This document shows positions 58,292 through 64,000 of a DNA stretch of 64,000 bases, one piece after another. The stretch covers positions 1 through 64,000 of IMG/VR virus record IMGVR_UViG_3300005613_000011; one strand, given 5' to 3'. A model generated the notes under the pieces. The model searched no databases, had not been told where the DNA came from, and worked only from the letters and a program-made list of their open reading frames with translations. The DNA comes from a virus. The stretch's first letter is position 1, and each line of letters starts with the position of its first letter. The position numbers and the translations under genes were made by a program.

Positions 58292-59253
58292 TGTCTACTT
58301 ATATATATATGACATCTGGTGTACCATGTGGAGATGTTCTTCTAGAGCCTTCTTCTACTCCTGTCGTATATATCACTTCTGGGCTAATCGGTCCTGATGC
58401 TCTTCCCCTTCCGGAACTAACTAGTGTTAAATTAGCACAAGTTTTTGGGGTATATGATCAGTTTGTACCAACTAAAGCATCTGTTTATCTTAAGCAAAAA
58501 GTGTCTGAAAGTATTCCATATATTCTTATAGATGGAGATGTGGCTGTCGATGCTCTCAACTTTTCTAATTTATTGCAAGGGACAAATAAATTATTGCCAT
58601 CTACAACTTTTGCCGATTATTCTGGTCATGGCCATTTGTGTGTAGATGAGTTTGATTCTAGTGGCTCTTATGGAGTTGTTGAGTACCCTATCAAATCTGG
58701 ATCTCCTGGTAATTATAATATCATGTTTCGTTGTAGGAAGGCAGGCAACCCGTTTATAATGAGAGTATATTTTGACGGAGTATTAATCAATACTATTAAT
58801 GAAAATTTAGCCGTTACTGGAGCTTGGAATTGGCTTTTCATAACTGTTAACATACCGGACACACAGATTCATACGCTGGGATTATCTTTAAGACAAGGAA
58901 ATGCTGCTCTTGATAAAATAGTTATAGCTAACGAATGGCTTACACTTGCTACGGTTAATAATTATACCGATTCATATATTACTATACACACAAATCTTTA
59001 TACTGTTGATGCAAACGATAGACCAGAATCAGAAATGTATATTTATGATTTTAAAACTACAATAGGTGAAGTTCAAACTGATGATTGGTACAGTTTTGAT
59101 CTCAGTTTTTTAGATGACTCAAGAGCAGTTAATTTCGAAGATAAGCATGCTCTTGTTTTATATTCGGTTGGTTCAAATCAAAACAAATATGTGATTTGGG
59201 AAATTTCTGATTCTGATGAATACATAGATGGTCCATCTGCCATAAAAGCCTAA
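58291..59253 (+). CDS. Virion protein with carbohydrate-binding-like jelly-roll domain
   Basis: YSGHGHL..VEYPI..PGNYNIMFR..W.W..HTLGL..REG-like..LDKIVI pattern. Confidence 0.65.
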   Translation: MSTYIYMTSGVPCGDVLLEPSSTPVVYITSGLIGPDALPLPELTSVKLAQVFGVYDQFVPTKASVYLKQKVSESIPYILIDGDVAVDALNFSNLLQGTNKLLPSTTFADYSGHGHLCVDEFDSSGSYGVVEYPIKSGSPGNYNIMFRCRKAGNPFIMRVYFDGVLINTINENLAVTGAWNWLFITVNIPDTQIHTLGLSLRQGNAALDKIVIANEWLTLATVNNYTDSYITIHTNLYTVDANDRPESEMYIYDFKTTIGEVQTDDWYSFDLSFLDDSRAVNFEDKHALVLYSVGSNQNKYVIWEISDSDEYIDGPSAIKA

Positions 59254-59324
59254 AGGACTAGATGTAATAAAATCGAAAATATATACGGTATAACTGTTTT
59301 TTTGAAAAATAGGTAAGTCTATAT

Positions 59325-62300
59325 ATGAGTGTTTGTTCATTTAATCCTAGTAATCAGTGGAGTTTGATAAATTATTATTGTCTCTATTATAACATAGGGG
59401 ACAATTGGGCCAGCGGGACGTGGTATATCAACAACGACAAGAAGCATGCTATCAAGATTTTTGGATCTAATGAAAACGGGGGTTTCGGGGACAACAGTAT
59501 TACAGTTTCCCCTCCTTCTCAAGAGTCTTTTATAAGTAGCTATTTTGATAGTAATAATCTTGTATTGAATGGTACAAGATTGCAGGATGATGCATATGGT
59601 TTTAATGATATAGGTCTTGATTTCAATAACAACATAATAACTTTTCTGTTTGATGAAAGTGGGAGCATGCTGTGGAACGATAATGGTGGTTTCAGGTACG
59701 ATCTTGCAAAAAGGTATATTAATCGGGTTGCTGGTGCTTATCCGGCAGAAGTGTTATACAAGATATTTAAGTTTGGAGGACAAAAAGTAAAACTTACCAT
59801 TGGGGCCGATTTAGAGTCATCTAATCAATTGAGTCAATTAAGGACGGAGTTTTTCCAGCAATATTTGTTTGGCGATTCTATAATAAACTTTACTGGCATA
59901 AGAGTTGTAAGAAGAGAAGACGGTTTTCCGTCTAACCCTATTGATGGAGATATAATATTTGACGGCATTTCTAATGGAGTGCAAGATTTAAACGTTTCTG
60001 CCGATTCAACATATTATTATACCGTTTATACTTTCAATAGTAACTATCAGTTTAGTGATGGTGTCAGAATACAAGTGACTTCTCGTGATGGAGATTCTCC
60101 AAGAGGTGTAAAAACCTTTGACTATGAAGTTCTTTCTGGTTCCGGTGTGCCTTTTGATGAGAATATTGTAGGGGTTTGGCATTTTGACGAAGCAGATGGT
60201 CAGGTTGTATATGATTTTGCCACTAATGTCGATTTGTCTGTATCTGAGACTAATGCGATTTGGTTGACCGAGGAAGATGTTCCTGTTGGACAGTCTGGTT
60301 TAAGGTTTAATGGAGAGACAACTTCAGTTTCAACTCAATCTGTCGTTTCTAATTTTGAACTCAGACAAAGTAGTTATATGACACTTAGCGCTTGGATCAA
60401 GCCTTATAATTTTTCTTCGAATAGAGCAATTATTTCCAGGCAGGATGGAACTAATCTAAACTATTTTCTGTATACTAACACATCAGGAGGGTTGACGTTC
60501 GAGACCGCGTTTACGAACGCCTCATCAACGAATGGAATTTTGACGGAAGAACAGTGGAATAAAGTAGACGTTGTTATAGACATGTTTACTGGTATTGTTT
60601 CTTTTTATGTGAACGGGTCTCCTGCTGGATCTCCAGTCCTGTCTAATTTAAACCTGACTTTTGGAAATATGTATTTTGATGTTGGATATAACAGGGGAGC
60701 AATTTCTGGAATTGAGAGATTTTTTGGGGAAATTTGCGAAATCTCGGTACACGATGTAGCAAGAGGTTTTAACTATATCACTGAGCACCATAATATTTTG
60801 AGAAACGATAATGGCGATAGACTCGTTATTCTTAAATATGCCATACCTGAAGTTTATAATTTTAATGGTAATGATGTTGTTATTATAGCGAACGAGATGA
60901 GAGTTCCTTCTTATGTCGGAGACGGTCTAGAGATACATTCTAATACTATAACTTCGTCAGGGGATTTTTATACTACGTTTAGGGATGAGTTTCTACTAGG
61001 TTCGAACTACTATTTTAGAATATTCTCCAAAAATCAAAACCGTCACTACTGTCATATTGATGATGCTATGTCATTATCTGTACTTGTCCCAAACATTGAT
61101 ACAGAAAACAGAGAGATAGTTCCTTCTCTTTCGTCTCTACTTGCCCCGCCTTACAATATCGAGGCTATAGCTGGTGACAGGAAAGTATACATAAGGTGGG
61201 ATTTGGATCCGTCTGATGAGAGGTTAAAAAGAGTGAGGCTGTACAGGTCTGATAGTGCTTTCCCGATATTAGACGAGGAAGGTAATAGTGATAGTATCTT
61301 GATTTTCGATGGTGACACATATGAAACTGGTTATGTTGACGTTCTACTGTCTAATAATGTTCGTTATTATTACACTTTGTGTTCTATTGACAAATATGGG
61401 AGACCGTCTGAGGAGAGTACTGTTGATGTTGTCCCGTCTAGTGGACTTGATGAATCACGAATACCTTTAAGAGATGTGAAAAATGTTCGTTATGAAATTG
61501 TAGATGGAAATCATCTTAATTTGATGTGGGATGAATTTGTGTTAGAAAGAGACATTAGCACATTTTTTAGCGAAAATATAGTTTTCTATATGAAGCTAAC
61601 AGACCAAAGCGGCAATAAGTTAACTAAAGATTATACTATTTCTTGTGATATCATAGATGCGTCTTATACGTATCCAGACGATGTTGCAGAAGATATTTTT
61701 ATCAACGACACAAATATTCCAACTCCTGATATAAACGATTTGTATAGTTTAACTGTTACGTCCGTTGACAAGGGTTTATCAAAAGGGCTGGTCGAACTGA
61801 CAAAAGATAATAGTTTGTTGACTAATATAAAATCTGTCTTGTTAGTTTTAAGATTTAATGTTACTTTTAGTAGCGTTGGTGATAGTGAGTTTGTATACAG
61901 GTCGAGACCGATAGTTGTAGAGTGGAAAAATAACTTATCTGTTGATATCACTAATAAAGATAGTAAATATGTAGAAATCACCAGTAAGCATAAAATCAAT
62001 GCTTTAGATGATCAAGTCCCGTCTTCTGTTGTAAAATATAACGGTATTTATGCCACATCTTCTAATAATTATGTTTGTAGAGTTTATTTATATAATGCTG
62101 GTCAACAGGCTTCAATTGTGAGTTCTACTGTTGATGTTGCTGTATATGATGCAACGATAGATTTTGATGATATAGTCCCGACTCCAGTTAGAGGAAATAT
62201 TAGTTCGACAGTTCGTGTTCTTAATTCTTTGAGTATTGTGTCTGGGACGAGAGAAGTTAGAAATGTTTATGGAGAATTTACGGGGGAGACTGAAAATGTC

Positions 62301-64000
62301 ACCTATGTTGATATTCTTCTTTTTACCCCATCTCAGGAGCATACTGTTCTTTTGTATGTCAAGTCGCGTTTGATTGACGGGTCTACGATTATCAAGAAAA
62401 TATTAGTTGTTTTTAAGAGCCCGTTGATTGTTGATATACTACCAAGTGTTCCGGTTGGTGATGGGAGACAGGTCAGGGAGCAAAGTGCTCTTGTCTATAT
62501 GGTCGATCCAGACGATCCTGACGATTTATCCAAAAGAACATATTTGCCTGATACAACGATGGTCGAATGGAAGTTGGAGAAAAAGTCCGACGCAATTGAT
62601 AGAATATTTTATTCTATGGATAGCACTCCATCGACTGATGGCATTTTTTCATACCTGAACAGAGGATTAGCCAGAAACGTTTTTCTTGGCCCAATTAACA
62701 ATGTAAAAGTTCATGGGTATGATAGTGCCGGGAATCCACAGTATGAAACTCATACTATGAGTGTTTCTGTCTTTTATGACGGAGTATCAGCAACTGATTC
62801 TCAAGATATAGAACTGATTCCATTGAGAGAGAAAGGTCATCGTGTTATGCCTTCTAATTTCTTAATGGAATTTAGTGATCTGAAACAAAAATTCTGGACC
62901 GATGGCATAGGATATGCAACTCTTATAATTTCACACAATGCCGAATCTTCAACTACTAAGTATTCTCAACCATTTAGACAGTGCATGTCTTTGGCCGGTA
63001 AACAAATATATCAGTTGAATAGTGGTATGATGGTTAGGATAGATACAAACGATCCAGATGTTGAGATTATATGGGGCGATGTTGTAGAATATCTTGACCC
63101 GTATCTAGACAGATGGGTTTTGGATACGAGCAATGCTCATATCGCTTATGGAGCAGCATCTGTTAATCTCTCTCAATATAATGATACTTATGTTTATTTC
63201 AGGCAAGATAAAAAATATACAAGTCAAGGAGCAGCCGGGTTTGAGAGGTTGCGAACCGATTGTTCGTCGTTATCTGCTGATAAATATACTTTGTATAATG
63301 ATGAAATAACTGTTACTGGGCATATTGTTTCTGATTTTAATGGAGACCTGTTGACTCTTACTGGAGGTGGTTCTTTTGGAACTGGTCTTGTTCCAACTGT
63401 TTTAATACCTGAAGAACCATTAAGAGTCAGGGCCGTGGACAGAAGGTCTAGAATCGGGAACGCTATTACCAGGCAAGAAGGAATTATACTTGATGGTGTT
63501 AGTATCAACCAGTTTGTTTTGGATGTGTCTTTTGCTGAGACATGTGTTCCTGATGGGACTCCTATAGACATAGAAGTAGTTAATTATTCAGAAAATTCTG
63601 TTGAGCCTGTTAATAGTAGAATAAGAACGGCTACAACAGTTGATAGCGATATTGATCCAGACAGGGAACGAAGCTATGCCGTTTTTGAGCTGCAACCCCT
63701 ACAACCAAAAAAGAACATAGCCGCTAATATCTATTTGACAGCGACATATCATATAGAACAGGAAAATATTGGTGTAATAGACAGGACTGAAACAATTTGT
63801 TTGCTTGTCAGGTATGATGCTGACGATTGGAAGGACCAGTCTTCTGCCAGTAATATCAGAAGTATTTTCAGTGGAAGGGTTGATAGGTATAATACTTCTA
63901 CAAATGCGTGGACTCAACTTGCTTCTATGAATACAGCAAGGGGCCATTTGTGTGTAGAATCAGTAGGAAATATAGTATATGCTATTGGCGGGATAGGAGC
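59325..64000 (+). CDS. Giant multidomain virion protein (vWA, LamG, FN3, Kelch); runs off window end (>1558 aa)
   Basis: Not in ORF track; translated by hand at the start, middle and end with a consistent frame. FLFDESGSM (MIDAS), VGVWHFDE..TLSAWIKP..FYVNG (LamG), WTQLASMNTARGH..VYAIGG (Kelch). Confidence 0.88.
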   Translation, partial: MSVCSFNPSNQWSLINYYCLYYNIGDNWASGTWYINNDKKHAIKIFGSNENGGFGDNSITVSPPSQESFISSYFDSNNLVLNGTRLQDDAYGFNDIGLDFNNNIITFLFDESGSMLWNDNGGFRYDLAKRYINRVAGAYPAEVLYKIFKFGGQKVKLTIGADLESSNQLSQLRTEFFQQYLFGDSIINFTGIRVVRREDGFPSNPIDGDIIFDGISNGVQDLNVSADSTYYYTVYTFNSNYQFSDGVRIQVTSRDGDSPRGVKTFDYEVLSGSGVPFDENIVGVWHFDEADGQVVYDFATNVDLSVSETNAIWLTEEDVPVGQSGLRFNGETTSVSTQSVVSNFELRQSSYMTLSAWIKPYNFSSNRAIISRQDGTNLNYFLYTNTSGGLTFETAFTNASSTNGILTEEQWNKVDVVIDMFTGIVSFYVNGSPAGSPVLSNLNLTFGNMYFDVGYNRGAISGIERFFGEICEISVHDVARGFNYITEHHNILRNDNGDRLVILKYAIPEVYNFNGNDVVIIANEMRVPSYVGDGLEIHSNTITSSGDFYTTFRDEFLLGSNYYFRIFSKNQNRHYCHIDDAMSLSVLVPNIDTENREIVPSLSSLLAPPYNIEAIAGDRKVYIRWDLDPSDERLKRVRLYRSDSAFPILDEEGNSDSILIFDGDTYETGYVDVLLSNNVRYYYTLCSIDKYGRPSEESTVDVVPSSGLDESRIPLRDVKNVRYEIVDGNHLNLMWDEFVLERDISTFFSENIVFYMKLTDQSGNKLTKDYTISCDIIDASYTYPDDVAEDIFINDTNIPTPDINDLYSLTVTSVDKGLSKGLVELTKDNSLLTNIKSVLLVLRFNVTFSSVGDSEFVYRSRPIVVEWKNNLSVDITNKDSKYVEITSKHKINALDDQVPSSVVKYNGIYATSSNNYVCRVYLYNAGQQASIVSSTVDVAVYDATIDFDDIVPTPVRGNISSTVRVLNSLSIVSGTREVRNVYGEFTGETENVTYVDILLFTPSQEHTVLLYVKSRLIDGSTIIKKILVVFKSPLIVDILPSVPVGDGRQVREQSALVYMVDPDDPDDLSKRTYLPDTTMVEWKLEKKSDAIDRIFYSMDSTPSTDGIFSYLNRGLARNVFLGPINNVKVHGYDSAGNPQYETHTMSVSVFYDGVSATDSQDIELIPLREKGHRVMPSNFLMEFSDLKQKFWTDGIGYATLIISHNAESSTTKYSQPFRQCMSLAGKQIYQLNSGMMVRIDTNDPDVEIIWGDVVEYLDPYLDRWVLDTSNAHIAYGAASVNLSQYNDTYVYFRQDKKYTSQGAAGFERLRTDCSSLSADKYTLYNDEITVTGHIVSDFNGDLLTLTGGGSFGTGLVPTVLIPEEPLRVRAVDRRSRIGNAITRQEGIILDGVSINQFVLDVSFAETCVPDGTPIDIEVVNYSENSVEPVNSRIRTATTVDSDIDPDRERSYAVFELQPLQPKKNIAANIYLTATYHIEQENIGVIDRTETICLLVRYDADDWKDQSSASNIRSIFSGRVDRYNTSTNAWTQLASMNTARGHLCVESVGNIVYAIGGIG

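Noticed and set aside
59337-63947. Short ORFs listed in the track at the window end
   Set aside because: All lie within the long plus-strand ORF starting at 59325, which the track missed because it has no stop in the window.
1-64000. Stop-codon reassignment
   Set aside because: Multi-kb ORFs are open in code 11, and TAA, TAG and TGA all terminate genes at sensible junctions.

Overview
AT-rich 64-kb segment of a very large tailed dsDNA phage genome (Caudoviricetes, jumbo-like; standard code 11; host not determinable here). 1-27.4 kb is accessory: degenerate subtilase-like and GT9-like genes, four small proteins sharing an MKII(Q/K)T N-terminus, a neck-like protein, a free-standing LAGLIDADG endonuclease, an NDT-like enzyme, a trypsin-like lipoprotein, a methyltransferase and a minus-strand cassette of virion-decoration genes. 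It also has two tnpB-only IS200/IS605 elements, and the whole window holds five short TnpB/IscB-derived remnants. 27.4-64 kb is a plus-strand morphogenesis module: actin-like ATPase, head-tail connector, tail completion, tail tube, two chaperone paralogues with a -1 frameshift, tape measure, and giant baseplate/adhesin proteins (poly-Ser, FN3, beta-propeller, beta-helix, vWA-LamG-Kelch). No sheath gene is seen. The best novel candidates are (i) a tandem array of microproteins at 10.38-11.64 kb with a conserved MK(M/I)IQK(I/T)I leader and hypervariable Ser-X cores, (ii) a ~420-nt pseudoknot-rich ncRNA at 20.69-21.11 kb next to two cGAAg DNA hairpins, and (iii) orphan omegaRNA cassettes that retain promoters. 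All assignments come from reading motifs by eye; no searches were run.
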